Notes: generated by a model not told the origin, from the sequence alone. A stretch of 64,000 bases of DNA from Heptranchias perlo (GCF_035084215.1 NW_027139264.1:310001-374000); one strand, 5' to 3'; counted from the stretch's first letter, positions 25,401 through 39,620 are shown. Program-made: numbers and translations.

Positions 25401-26641
25401 TCACTCCCCCCTCTCCCTCCCTCCCTCCCCACTCTCACATACACACTCACTCCCCCCTCTCCCTCCCTCCCTCCCACTCTCACATACACACTCACTCCCC
25501 CCTCTCCCTCCCTCCCTCCCTCCCACTCTCACACACACACTCACTCCCCCCTCTCACTCCCTCCCTCCCACTCTCACATACACACTCACTCCCCCCTCTC
25601 CCTCCCTCCCTCCCACTCTCTCATACACACTCACTCCCCCCTCTCCCTCCCTCCCTCCCACTCTCACATACACACTCACTCCCCCCTCTCCCTCCCTCCC
25701 TCCCTCCCACTCTCACATACACACTCACTCCCCCCTCTCCCTCCCTCCCTCCCACTCTCACATACACACTCACTCCCCCCTCTCCCTCCCTCCCTCCCAC
25801 TCTCTCATACACACTCACTCCCCCCTCTCCCTCCCTCCCTCCCACTCTCACACACACACTCACTCCCCCCTCTCCCTCCCTCCCTCCCACTCTCATACAC
25901 ACACTCACTCCCCCCTCTCCCTCCCTCCCTCCCACTCTCTCATACACACTCACTCCCCCCTCTCCCTCCCTCCCTCCCACTCTCACACACACACTCACTC
26001 CCCCCTCTCCCTCCCTCCCTCCCACTCTCATACACACACTCACTCCCCCCTCTCCCTTCCTCCCTCCCTCCCTCCCACTCTCACACACACACTCACTCCC
26101 CCCTCTCCCTCCCTCCCTCCCACTCTCACATACACACTCACTCCCCCCTCTCCCTCCCTCCCTCTCACTCTCACATACACACTCACTCCCCCCTCTCCCT
26201 CCCTCCCTCCCACTCTCACACACACACTCACTCCCCCCTCTCCCTCCCTCCCTCCCACTCTCACATACACACTCACTCCCCCCTCTCCCTCCCTCCCTCC
26301 CACTCTCACACACACACTCACTCCCCCCTCTCCCTCCCTCCCTCCCACTCTCACACACACACTCACTCCCCCCTCTCCCTCCCTCCCTCCCACTCTCACA
26401 TACACACTCACTCCCCCCTCTCCCTCCCTCCCTCCCACTCTCTCATACACACTCACTCCCCCCTCTCCCTCCCTCCCTCTCACTCTCACATACACACTCA
26501 CTCCCCCCTCTCCCTCCCTCCCTCCCACTCTCACATACACACTCACTCCCCCCTCTCCCTCCCTCCCTCCCACTCTCACATACACACTCACTCCCCCTCT
26601 CCCTCCCTCCCTCCCACTCTCACATAAACACTCACTCCCCA
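16500..26641. repeat. 45-bp C-rich minisatellite (CCACTCTCACATACACACTCACTCCCCCCTCTCCCTCCCTCCCTC)n, >200 copies, with assembly gaps
   Basis: 45-nt period (19681, 19726...). N gaps at 16980-17117, 21418-21551 and 26642-26796, so the true length is uncertain. Confidence 0.97.
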
Positions 26642-26984
26642 NNNNNNNNNNNNNNNNNNNNNNNNNNNNNNNNNNNNNNNNNNNNNNNNNNNNNNNNNNN
26701 NNNNNNNNNNNNNNNNNNNNNNNNNNNNNNNNNNNNNNNNNNNNNNNNNNNNNNNNNNNNNNNNNNNNNNNNNNNNNNNNNNNNNNNNNNNNNNNNCACA
26801 CACTCACCGTCAGTCTCTCACACACACAATCTCACACTCGCTCAATCTCACAATCACATCCACTGTCACGATCTCACACTGACTCACACACACAGTCGCA
26901 CACTCACTCGCACACACTCACTCACTCACTCACTCAGTCAGTCAGTCTCAGACCCTCTCCCTCTGGCCAACCGTCTCTCTCCCG

Positions 26985-29900
26985 CTCACCTGTCCTCCTC
27001 TCTCTCCCCCTCACCTTTCCTCCTCTCCCTCCCTCACCTGACCTCCTCTCTCTCCCCCTCACCTGTCCTCCTCCTCTCTCTCCACCTCAGCTGTCCTCCT
27101 CTCTCTCCCCCTCACCTGTCCTCCTCTCTCTCTCCCCCTCACCTGTCCTCCTCTCTCACCCTCACCTGTCCTCCGCTCTGTCTCACCCTCACCTGTCCTC
27201 CTCTCTCTCCCCCTCACCTGGCCTTCCCTCTCTCCCCCTCACCTGTCCTCCTCTCTCTCTCCCTCACCTGTCCTCCTCTCTCTCCCCCTCACCTGTCCTC
27301 CTCTCTCTCTCCTCACCTGTCCTCCTCTCTCTCCCCCTCACCTGTCCTCCTCTCTCTCCCCCTCACCTGTCCTCCTCTCTCTCCCCCTCACCTGTCCTCC
27401 TCTCTCTCCCCCTCACCTGTCCTCCTCTCTCTCTCCTCACCTGTCCTCCTCTCTCTCTCTTCACCTGTCCTCCTCTCTCTCCCCCTCACCTGTCCTCCTC
27501 TCTCTCCCCCTCACCTGTCCTCCTCTCTCTCCCCCTCACCTGTCCTCCTCTCTCTCCCCCTCACCTGTCCTCCTCTCTCTCTCTTCACCTGTCCTCCTCT
27601 CTCTCCCCCTCAACTGTCCTCCTCTCTCTCTCCTCACCTGTCCTCCTCTCTCTCTCCTCACCTGTCCTCCTCTCTCTCCCCCTCACCTGTCCTCCTCTCT
27701 CTCCCCCTCACCTGTCCTCCTCTCTCTCCCCCTCACCTGTCCTCCTCTCTCTCCCCCTCACCTGTCCTCCTCTCTCTCCTCCTCACCTGTCCTCCTCTCT
27801 CTCCCTCACCTGTCCTCCTCTCTCTCCCCCTCACCTGTCCTCCTCTCTCCCCCTCAACTGTCCTCCTCTCTCTCCCCCTCACCTGTCCTCCTCTCTCACC
27901 CCCTCACCTGTCCTCCTCTCTCCCCCTCACCTGTCCTCCACTCTCTCCCCCTCACCTGTCCTCCTCTCTCTCTCCTCAAATGTCCTCCTCTCTTTCCCCC
28001 TCACCTGTCCTCCTCTCTCTCCCCTCACCTGTCCCCCTCTCTCTCTCCTCACCTGTCCTCCTCTCTCTCCACCTCACCTGTCCTCCTCTCTCTCCCCCTC
28101 ACCTGTCCTCCTCTTTCTCCCCCTCACCTGTCCTCCTCTCTCTCTCCTCACCTGTCCTCCTCTCTCTCCCCCTCACCTGTCCTCCTCTCTCTCTCCTCAC
28201 CTGTCCTCCTCTCTCTCCCCCTCACCTGTCCTCCTCTCTCTCTCCTCACCTGTCCTCCTCTCTCTCCCCCTCACCTGTCCTCCTCTCTCTCTCCTCACCT
28301 GTCCTCCTCTCTCTCCCCCTCACCTGTCCTCCTCCTCTCTCTCCCCCTCACCTGTCCTCCTCTCTCTCCCCCTCACCTGTCCTCCTCTCTCTCCCCCTCA
28401 CCTGTCCTCCTCTCTCTCTCCTCACCTGTCCTCCACTCTCTCCCCCTCACCTGTCCTCCTCTCTCTCTCCTCACCTGTCCTCCTCTCTCACCACCTCACC
28501 TGTCCTCCTCTCTCCCCCTCACCTGTCCTCCTCTCTCTCTCCTCACCTGTCCTCCTCTCTCTCCCCCTCACCTGTCCTCCTCTCTCTCTCCTCACCTGTC
28601 CTCCTCTCTCTCCCCCTCACCTGTCCTCCTCTCTCCCTCTCACCTGTCCTCCTCTCTCTCCCCCTCACCTGTCCTCCTCTCTCTCCCCCTCACCTGTCCT
28701 CCTCTCTCACCCCCTCACCTGTCCTCCTCTCTCTCCACCTCACCTGTCCTCCTCTCTCTCCCCCTCACCTGTCCTCCTCTCTCTCCACCTCACCTGTCCC
28801 CCTCACCTTTCCTCCTCTCTCCCCCTCACCTGTCCTCCTCTCTCTCCCCCTCACCTGTCCTCCTCTCTCTCTCCCCCTCACCTGTCCTCCTGTCTCTCCC
28901 CCTCACCTGTCCTCCTCTCTCTCCCCCTCACCTGTCCTCCTCTCTCTCCCCCTCACCTGTCCTCCTCTCTCTCCCCCTCACCTGTCCTCCTCTCTCTCCC
29001 CCTCACCTGTCCTCCTCTCTCTCCCCCTCACCTGTCCTCCTCTCTCTCCCTCACCTGTCCTCCTCTCTCTCCCCCTCACCTGTCCTCCTCTCTCTCCCCC
29101 TCACCTGTCCTCCTCTCTCTCTCCCCCTCACCTGTCCTCCTCTCTCTCTCTCTCACCTGTCCTCCTCTCTCTCCCCCTCACCTGTCCTCCTCACTCCCCC
29201 TCACCTGTCCTACTCTCTCTCCCCCTCACATGTCCTCCTCTCTCTCTCTCTCACCTGTCCTCCTCTCTCTCCCCCTCACCTGTCCTCTCTCTCTCCCCCT
29301 CACCTGTCCTCCTCTCTCTCCCCCTCACCTGTCCCCCTCACCTTTCCTCCTCTCTCCCCCTCACCTGTCCTCCTCTCTCTCCCCCTCACCTGTCCTCCTC
29401 TCTCTCCCCCTCACCTGTCCTCCTCTCTCTCCCCCTCACCTGTCCTCCTCTCTCTCCCCCTCACCTGTCCTCCTCTCTCTCCCCCTCACCTGTCCTCCTC
29501 TCTCTCTCCCCCTCACCTGTCCTCCTCTCTCTCCCCCTCACCTGTCCTCCTCTCTCTCCCCCTCACCTGTCTTCCTCTCTCTCCCCCTCACCTGTCCTCC
29601 TCTCTCTCCCCCTCACCTGCCCTCCTCTCTCTCCCCCTCACCTGTCCTCCTCTCTCTCCCCCTCACCTGCCCTCCTCTCTCTCCCTCACCTGTCCTCCTC
29701 TCTCTCCCCCTCACCTGTCCTCCTCTCTCTCCCCCTCACCTGTCCTCCTCTCTCTCCCCCTCACCTGTCCTCCTCTCTCTCCCCCTCACCTGTCCTCCTC
29801 TCTCTCCCCCTCACCTGTCCTCCTCTCTCTCCCCCTCACCTGCCCTCCTCTCTCTCCCCCTCACCTGTCCTCCTCTCTCTCCCCCTCACCTGTCCTCCTC

Positions 29901-30000
29901 TCTCTCCCTCACCTGTCCTCCTCTCTCTCCCCCTCACCTGTCCTCCTCTCTCTCCCCCTCACCTGTCCTCCTCTCTCTCCCCCTCACCTGTCCTCCTCTC
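26985..30000. repeat. ~25-bp pyrimidine-rich minisatellite (CCTCACCTGTCCTCCTCTCTCTCCC)n, ~120 copies
   Basis: Direct periodicity with a variable (CT)n length. Almost every unit contains CTCACCTG (CAGGTGAG on minus). Confidence 0.97.
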
Positions 30001-30039
30001 TCTCTCTCTCCTCTCTCTCTTTCTCCTTCTCTCTCTCTC

Positions 30040-30140
30040 CGTGACGGAGCCTCTGACCGTCTCCCCAGAGTGCACCGGGGCCGCGGGCGGACCGCTTTCC
30101 GAGCCGCGCGGCCTTGTGGGTAATGAACACCGCCATTGCT
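30040..30140 (-). promoter_or_regulatory. CpG-rich patch; putative promoter/first non-coding exon of the zinc-finger gene
   Basis: Essentially the only unique CpG-dense stretch between 16.5 and 39.6 kb. Minus strand has AATGGCGG (YY1-like), TTACCCACAAGGCCGCGCG (ZNF143/Staf-like), CGGAAA and a donor-like ACG|GTCAGA at 30057. Confidence 0.45.
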
Positions 30141-33100
30141 GCTCCCAGACTGACCAAAACACCAGACAGACAGGGGGGAATCTCACCATCAGTGACCGCT
30201 CCCAGACTGACCAAAACACCAGACAGACAGAGGGGAATCTCACCATCAATCACCGCTCCCAGACTGACCAAAACACCAGACAGACAGGGGGGAATCTCAC
30301 CATCAGTGACCGCTCCCAGACTGACCAAAACACCAGACAGACAGGGGGGAATCTCACCATCAGTGACCGCTCCCAGACTGACCAAAACACCAGACAGACA
30401 GGGGGGAATCTCACCATCAGTCACCGCTCCCAGACTGACCAAAACACCAGACAGACAGGGGGGAATCTCACCATCAGTCACTGCTCCCAGACTGACCGAA
30501 ACACCAGACAGACAGGGGGGAATCTCACCATCAGTGACCGCTCCCAGACTGACCAAAACACCAGACAGACAGAGGGGAATCTCACCATCAGTGACCGCTC
30601 CCAGACTGACCAAAACACCAGACAGACAGGGGGGAATCTCACCATCAATCACCGCTCCCAGACTGACCAAAACACCAGACAGACAGAGGGGAATCTCACC
30701 ATCAGTGACCGCTCCCAGACTGACCAAAACAACAGACAGACAGAGGGGAATCTCACCATCAATCACCGCTCCCAGACTGACTAAAACACCAGACAGACAG
30801 AGGGGAATCTCACCATCAGTGACCGCTCCCAGACTGACCAAAACACCAGACAGACAGGGGGGAATCTCACCATCAGTGACCGCTCCCAGACTGACCAAAA
30901 CACCAGACAGACAGGGGGGAATCTCACCATCAGTGACCGCTCCCAGACTGACCAAAACAGCAGACAGACAGGGGGAATCTCACCATCAATCACCGCTCCC
31001 AGACTGACCAAAACAGCAGACAGACAGGGGGGAATCTCACCATCAGTCACTGCTCCCAGACTGACCAAAACACCAGACAGACAGGGGGGAATCCAACCAT
31101 CAGTCACCGCTCCCAGACTGACCAAAACAGCAGACAGACAGAGGGGGGAATCTCACCATCAATCACCGCTCCCAGACTGACCAAAACAGCAGACAGACAG
31201 GGGGGAATCCCACCATCAGTCACTGCTCCCAGACTGACCAAAACACCAGACAGACAGGGGGGAATCCCACCATCAATCACCGCTCCCAGACTGACCAAAA
31301 CACCAGACAGACAGGGGGGAATCTCACCATCAGTCACCGCTCCCAGACTGACCAAAACACCAGACAGACAGGGGGGAATCCCACCATAAGTCACCGCTCC
31401 CAGACTGACCAAAACAGCAGACAGACAGGGGGGAATCCCACCATCAGTCACTGCTCCCAGACTGACCAAAACACCAGACAGACAGGGGGGAATCTCACCA
31501 TCAGTCACCGCTCCCAGACTGACCAAAACACCAGACAGACAGGGGGGAATCCCACCAAAAGTCACCGCTCCCAGACTGACCAAAACAGCAGACAGACAGG
31601 GGGGAATCCCACCATCAGTCACTGCTCCCAGACTGACCAAAACACCAGACAGACAGGGGGGAATCTCACCATCAGTCACCGCTCCCAGACTGACCAAAAC
31701 AGCAGACAGACAGGGGGGAATCTCACCATCAGTCACCGCTCCCAGACTGACCAAAACACCAGACAGACAGGGGGGAATCCCACCATCAGTCACCGCTCCC
31801 AGACTGACCAAAACAGCAGACAGACAGGGGGGAATCTCACCATCAGTCACCGCTCCCAGACTGACCAAAACACCAGACAGACAGGGGGGAATCCCACCAT
31901 CAATCACCGCTCCCAGACTGACCAAAACAGCAGACAGACAGGGGGGAATCTCACCATCAGTCACCGCTCCCAGACTGACCAAAACAGCAGACAGACAGGG
32001 GGGAATCCCACCATCAGTCACCGCTCCCAGACTGACCAAAACACCAGACAGACAGGGGGGAATCTCACCATCAGTCACCGCTCCCAGACTGACCAAAACA
32101 CCAGACAGACAGAGGGGAATCTCACCATCAGTCACCGCTCCCAGACTGACCAAAACACCAGACAGACAGGGGGGAATCTCACCATCAGTCACCGCTCCCA
32201 GACTGACCAAAACACCAGACAGACAGGGGGGGAATCTCACCATCAGTCACCGCTCCCAGACTGACCAAAACACCAGACAGACAGAGGGGAATCTCACCAT
32301 CAGTCACCGCTCCCAGACTGACCTAAACACCAGACAGACAGGGGGGAATCTCACCATCAGTCACCGCTCCCAGACTGACCAAAACACCAGACAGACAGGG
32401 GGGGAATCTCACCATCAGTCACCGCTCCCAGACTGACCAAAACACCAGACAGACAGAGGGGAATCTCACCATCTGTCACCGCTCCCAGACTGACCAAAAC
32501 ACCAGACAGACAGAGGGAAATCTCACCATCAGTCACCGCTCCCAGACTGACCAAAACACCGGACAGACAGGGGGGAATCTCACCATCAGTGACCGCTCCC
32601 AGACTGACCAAAACACCAGACAGACAGAGGGAAATCTCACCATCAGTCACCGCTCCCAGACTGACCAAAACACCAGACAGACAGAGGGGAATCTCACCAT
32701 CAGTGACCGCTCCCAGACTGACCAAAACACCAGACAGACAGGGGGGAATCTCACCATCAATCACCGCTCCCAGACTGACCAAAACAACAGACAGACAGAG
32801 GGGAATCTCACCATCAGTCACCGCTCCCAGACTGACCAAAAAACCAGACAGACAGGGGGGAATCTCACCATCAGTGACCGCTCCCAGACTGACCAAAACA
32901 CCAGACAGACAGAGGGGAATCTCACCATCAATCACCGCTCTCAGACTGACCAAAACACCAGACAGACAGGGGGGAATCAAACCATCAATCACCGCTCCCA
33001 GACTGACCAACACACCAGACAGACAGAGGGGGGAATCTCACCATCAGTCACCGCTCCCAGACTGACCAAAACACCAGACAGACAGGGGGGGAAGCTCACC

Positions 33101-36100
33101 ATCAGTGACCGCTCCCAGACTGACTAAAACAGCAGACAGACAGGGGGGAATCTCACCATCAATCACCGCTCCCAGACTGACCAAAACACCAGACAGACAG
33201 GGGGGAATCTCACCATCAATCACCGCTCCCAGACTGACCAAAACACCAGACAGACAGGGGGGAATCTCACCATCAATCACCGCTCCCAGACTGACCAAAA
33301 CACCAGACAGACAGAGGGGAATCTCACCGTCAGTCACCGCTCCCAGACTGACCAAAACACCAGACAGACACCGGGGAATCTCACCATCAATCACCGCTCA
33401 CAGACTGACCAAAACACCAGACAGACAGGGGGGAATCTCACAATCAATCACCGCTCCCAGACTGAGCAAAACACCAGACAGAGAGAAGGGGAATCTCACC
33501 ATCAGTCACCGCTCCCAGACTGACCAAAACACCAGACAGACAGGGGGGAATCTCACCATCAGTCACCGCTCCCAGACTGACCAAAACACCAGACAGACAG
33601 GGGGGAATCTCACCATCAGTCACCGCTCCCAGACTGACCTAAACACCAGACAGACAGGGGGGAATCTCACCATCAGTGACCGCTCCCAGACTGACCAAAA
33701 CAAGAGACAGACAGGGGGGAATCTCACCATCAATCACCGATCCCAGACTGACCAAAACACCAGACAGACAGGGGGGAATCTCACCATCAGTCACTGCTCC
33801 CGGACTGACCAAAACACCAGACAGACAGGGGGGAATCTCACCATTAATCACCGCTCCCAGACTGACCAAAACACCAGACAGACAGGGGGGAATCTCACCA
33901 TCAGTCACCGCTCCCAGACTGACCAAAACACCAGACAGACAGAGGGGAATCCCACCATCAGTGACCGCTCCCAGACTGACCAAAACACCAGACAGACAGG
34001 GGGGAATCTCACCATCAGTCACCGCTCCCAGACTGACCAAAACACCAGACAGACAGGGGGGAATCTCACCATCAGTCACTGCTCCCAGACTGACCAAAAC
34101 ACCAGACAGACAGGGGGGAATCTCACCATCAGTCACCGCTCCTAGACTGACCAAAACACCAGACAGACAGGGGGGAATCTCACCATCAGTCACCGCTCCC
34201 AGACTGACCAAAACACCAGACAGACAGGGGGGGAATCTCACCATCAGTCACCGCTCCCAGACTGACCAAAACACCAGACAGACAGGGGGGGAATCTCACC
34301 ATCAGTCACCGCTCCCAGACTGACCAAAACACCAGACAGACAGAGGGGAATCTCACCATCAGTCACCGCTCCCAGACTGACCAAAACACCAGACAGACAG
34401 GGGGGAATCTCACCATCAGTCACCGCTCCCAGACTGACCAAAACACCAGACAGACAGGGGGGGAATCTCACCATCAGTCACCGCTCCCAGACTGACCAAA
34501 ACACCAGACAGACAGAGGGGAATCTCACCATCTGTCACCACTCCCAGACTGACCAAAACACCAGACAGACAGAGGGAAATCTCACCATCTGTCACTGCTC
34601 CCAGACTGACCAAAACACCAGACAGACAGAGGGAAATCTCACCATCAGTCACCGCTCCCAGACTGACCAAAACACCAGACAGACAGGGGGGAATCTCACC
34701 ATCAGTGACCGCTCCCAGACTGACCAAAACACCAGACAGACAGAGGGAAATCTCACCATCAGTCACCGCTCCCAGACTGACCAAAACACCAGACAGACAG
34801 AGAGGAATCTCACCATCAGTCACCGCTCCCAGACTGACCAAAACACCAGACAGACAGGGGGGAATCTCACCATCAATCACCGCTCCCAGACTGACCAAAA
34901 CACCAGACAGACAGAGGGGAATCTCACCATCAGTCACCGCTCCCAGACTGACCAAAACACCAGACAGACAGGGGGGAATCTCACCATCAGTCACCGCTCC
35001 CAGACTGACCAAAACACCAGACAGACAGGGGGGGAATCTCACCATCAGTCACCGCTCCCAGACTGACCAAAACACCAGACAGACAGGGGGGGAATCTCAC
35101 CATCAGTCACCGCTCCCAGACTGACCAAAACACCAGACAGACAGAGGGGAATCTCACCATCAGTCACCGCTCCCAGACTGACCAAAACACCAGACAGACA
35201 GGGGGGAATCTCACCATCAGTCACCGCTCCCAGACTGACCAAAACACCAGACAGACAGGGGGGGAATCTCACCATCAGTCACCGCTCCCAGACTGACCAA
35301 AACACCAGACAGACAGAGGGGAATCTCACCATCTGTCACCGCTCCCAGACTGACCAAAACACCAGACAGACAGAGGGAAATCTCACCATCTGTCACCGCT
35401 CCCAGACTGACCAAAACACCAGACAGACAGAGGGAAATCTCACCATCAGTCACCGCTCCCAGACTGACCAAAACACCGGACAGACAGGGGGGAATCTCAC
35501 CATCAGTGACCGCTCCCAGACTGACCAAAACACCAGACAGACAGAGGGAAATCTCACCATCAGTCACCGCTCCCAGACTGACCAAAACACCAGACAGACA
35601 GAGGGGAATCTCACCATCAGTCACCGCTCCCAGACTGACCAAAACACCAGACCGACAGGGGGGAATCTCACCATCAATCACCGCTCCCAGACTGACCAAA
35701 ACAACAGACAGACAGAGGGGAATCTCACCATCAGTCACCGCTCCCAGACTGACCAAAACACCAGACAGACAGAGGGGAATCTCACCGTCAATCACCGCTC
35801 CCAGACTGACCAAAACACCAGACAGACAGGGGGGAATCTCACCATCAATCACCGCTCCCAGACTGACCAAAACACCAGACAGACAGAGGGGAATCTCACC
35901 ATCAGTCACCGCTCCCAGACTGACCAAAACACCAGACAGACAGGGGGGAATCTCACCATCAATCACCGCTCCCAGACTGACCAAAACACCAGACAGACAG
36001 AGGGGAATCTCACCATCAGTGACCGCTCCCAGACTGACCAAAACACCAGACAGACAGAGGGGAATCTCACCATCAGTCACCGCTCCCAGACTGAACAAAA

Positions 36101-39100
36101 CACCAGACAGACAGGGGGGAATCTCACCATCAATCACCGCTCCCAGACTGACCAAAACACCAGACAGACAGGGGGGAATCAAACCATCAGTCACCGCTCC
36201 CAGACTGATCAAAACACCAGACAGACAGAGGGGAATCTCACCATCAATCACCGCTCTCAGTCTGACCAAAACACCAGACAGACAGGGGGGAATCAAACCA
36301 TCAATCACCGCTCCCAGACTGACCAACACACCAGACAGACAGAGGGGCGAATCTCACCATCAGTCACCGCTCCCAGACTGACCAAAACACCAGACAGACA
36401 GGGGGGGAAGCTCACCATCAGTGACCGCTCCCAGACTGACCAAAACACCAGACAGACAGGGGGGAATCTCACCATCAATCACCGCTCCCAGACTGACCAA
36501 AACACCAGACAGACAGGGGGGAATCTCACCATCAATCACCGCTCCCAGACTGACCAAAACACCAGACAGACAGAGGGGAATCTCACCGTCAGTCACCGCT
36601 CCCAGACTGACCAAAACACCAGACAGACACCGGGGAATCTCACCATCAATCACCGCTCACAGACTGACCAAAACACCAGACAGACAGGGGGGAATCTCAC
36701 CATCAATCACCGCTCCCAGACTGACCAAAACACCAGACAGAGAGAGGGGGAATCTCACCATCAGTCACCGCTCCCAGACTGACCAAAACACCAGACAGAC
36801 AGGGGGGAATCTCACCATCAGTCACCGCTCCCAGACTGACCAAAACACCAGACAGACAGGGGGGAATCTCACCATCAGTCACCGCTCCCAGACTGACCAA
36901 AACACCAGACAGACAGGGGGGAATCTCACCATCAATCACCGCTCCCAGACTGACCTAAACACCAGACAGACAGGGGGGAATCTCACCATCAGTCACCGCT
37001 CCCAGACTGACCAAAACACCAGACAGACAGGGGGGAATCTCACCATCAATTACCGATCCCAGACTGACCAAAACACCAGACAGACAGGGGGGAATCTCAC
37101 CATCAGTCACTGCTCCCGGACTGACCAAAACACCAGACAGACAGGGGGGAATCTCACCATTAATCACCGCTCCCAGACTGACCAAAACACCAGACAGACA
37201 GGGGGGAATCTCACCATCAGTCACCGCTCCCAGACTGACCAAAACACCAGACAGACAGAGGGGAATCCCACCATCAGTGACCGCTCCCAGACTGACCAAA
37301 ACACCAGACAGACAGGGGGGAATCTCACCATCAGTCACCGCTCCCAGACTGACCAAAACACCAGACAGACAGGGGGGAATCTCACCATCAGTCACTGCTC
37401 CCAGACTGACCAAAACACCAGACAGACAGGGGGGAATCTCACCATCAGTCACCGCTCCCAGACTGACCAAAACACCAGACAGACAGGGGGGAATCTCACC
37501 ATCAGTCACCGCTCCCAGACTGACCAAAACACCAGACAGACAGGGGGGGAATCTCACCATCAGTCACCGCTCCCAGACTGACCAAAACACCAGACAGACA
37601 GTTGGAGAATCTCACCATCAGTCACCGCTCCCAGACTGACCAAAACACCAGACAGACAGAGGGGAATCTCACCATCAGTCACCGCTCCCAGACTGACCAA
37701 AACACCAGACAGACAGGGGGGAATCTCACCATCAGTCACCGCTCCCAGACTGACCAAAACACCAGACAGACAGGGGGGGAATCTCACCATCAGTCACCGC
37801 TCCCAGACTGACCAAAACACCAGACAGACAGAGGGGAATCTCACCATCTGTCACCGCTCCCAGACTGACCAAAACACCAGACAGACAGAGGGATATCTCA
37901 CCATCTGTCACCGCTCCCAGACTGACCAAAACACCAGACAGACAGAGGGAAATCTCACCATCAGTCACCGCTCCCAGACTGACCAAAACACCAGACAGAC
38001 AGGGGGAATCTCACCATCAGTGACCGCTCCCAGACTGACCAAAACACCAGACAGACAGAGGGAAATCTCACCATCAGTCACCGCTCCCAGACTGACCAAA
38101 ACACCAGACAGACAGAGGGGAATCTCACCATCAGTCACCGCTCCCAGACTGACCAAAACACCAGACAGACAGGGGGGAATCTCACCATCAATCACCGCTC
38201 CCAGACTGACCAAAACAACAGATAGACAGAGGGGAATCTCACCATCAATCACCGCTCCCAGACTGACCAAAACACCAGACAGACAGGGGGGAATCTCACC
38301 ATCAATCACCGCTCCCAGACTGACCAAAACACCAGACAGACAGGGGGGAATCTCACCATCAATCACCGCTCCCAGACTGACCAAAACACCAGACAGACAG
38401 AGGGGAATCTCACCATGAATCACCGCTCCCAGACTGACCAAAACACCAGACAGACAGGGGGGAATCTCACCATCAGTCACCGCTCCCAGACTGACCAAAA
38501 CACCAGACAGACAGGGGGGAATCTCACCATCAGTCACCGCTCCCAGACTGACCAAAACACCAGACAGACGGGGGGAATCTCACCATCAGTCACCGCTCCC
38601 AGACTGACCAAAACACCAGACAGACAGAGGGGAATCTCACCATCAATCACCGCTCCCAGACTGACCAAAACACCAGACAGACAGGGGGGAATCCCACCAT
38701 CAGTGACCGCTCCCAGACTGACCAAAACACCAGACAGACAGGGGGGAATCTCACCATTGATCACCGCTCCCAGACTGACCAAAACACCAGACAGACAGGG
38801 GGAAATCTCACCATCAATCACCTGTCCCAGACTGACCAAAACACCAGACAGACAGGGGGGAATCTCACCATCAGTGACCGCTCCCAGACTGACCAAAACA
38901 CCAGACAGACAGGGGGGAATCTCACCATCAGTCACCGCTCCCAGACTGACCAAAACACCAGACAGACAGAGGGGAATCTCACCATCAATCACCGCTCCCA
39001 GACTGACCAAAACACCAGACAGACAGAGGGGAATCTCACCATCAATCACCGCTCCCAGACTGACCAAAACACCAGACAGACAGGGGGGAATCTCACCGTC

Positions 39101-39620
39101 AGTCACCGCTCCCAGACTGACCAAAACACCAGACAGACAGGGGGGAATCCCACCATCAGTGACCGCTCCCAGACTGACCAAAACACCAGACAGACAGGGG
39201 GGAATCTCACCATTGATCACCGCTCCCAGACTGACCAAAACACCAGACAGACAGGGGGAAATCTCACCATCAATCACCTGTCCCAGACTGACCAAAACAC
39301 CAGACAGACAGGGGGGAATCTCACCATCAGTGACCGCTCCCAGACTGACCAAAACACCAGACAGACAGGGGGGAATCTCACCATCAGTCACCGCTCCCAG
39401 ACTGACCAAAACACCAGACAGACAGAGGGGAATCTCACCATCAATCACCGCTCCCAGACTGACCAAAACACCAGACAGACAGAGGGGAATCTCACCATCA
39501 ATCACCGCTCCCAGACTGACCAAAACACCAGACAGACAGGGGGGAATCTCACCGTCAGTCACCGCTCCCAGACTGACCAAAACACCAGACAGACAGGGGG
39601 GAATCCCACCATTGATCAGC
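30141..39620. repeat. 57-bp minisatellite (CTCCCAGACTGACCAAAACACCAGACAGACAGGGGGGAATCTCACCATCAGTCACCG)n, ~165 copies, with higher-order duplications
   Basis: 57-nt period. Variant patterns recur at offsets of 456, 801 and ~3316 bp. Confidence 0.98.

Noticed and set aside
30141-39620. CRISPR-like regular array
   Set aside because: Units are contiguous with no unique spacers, there are no cas genes, and the context is eukaryotic.
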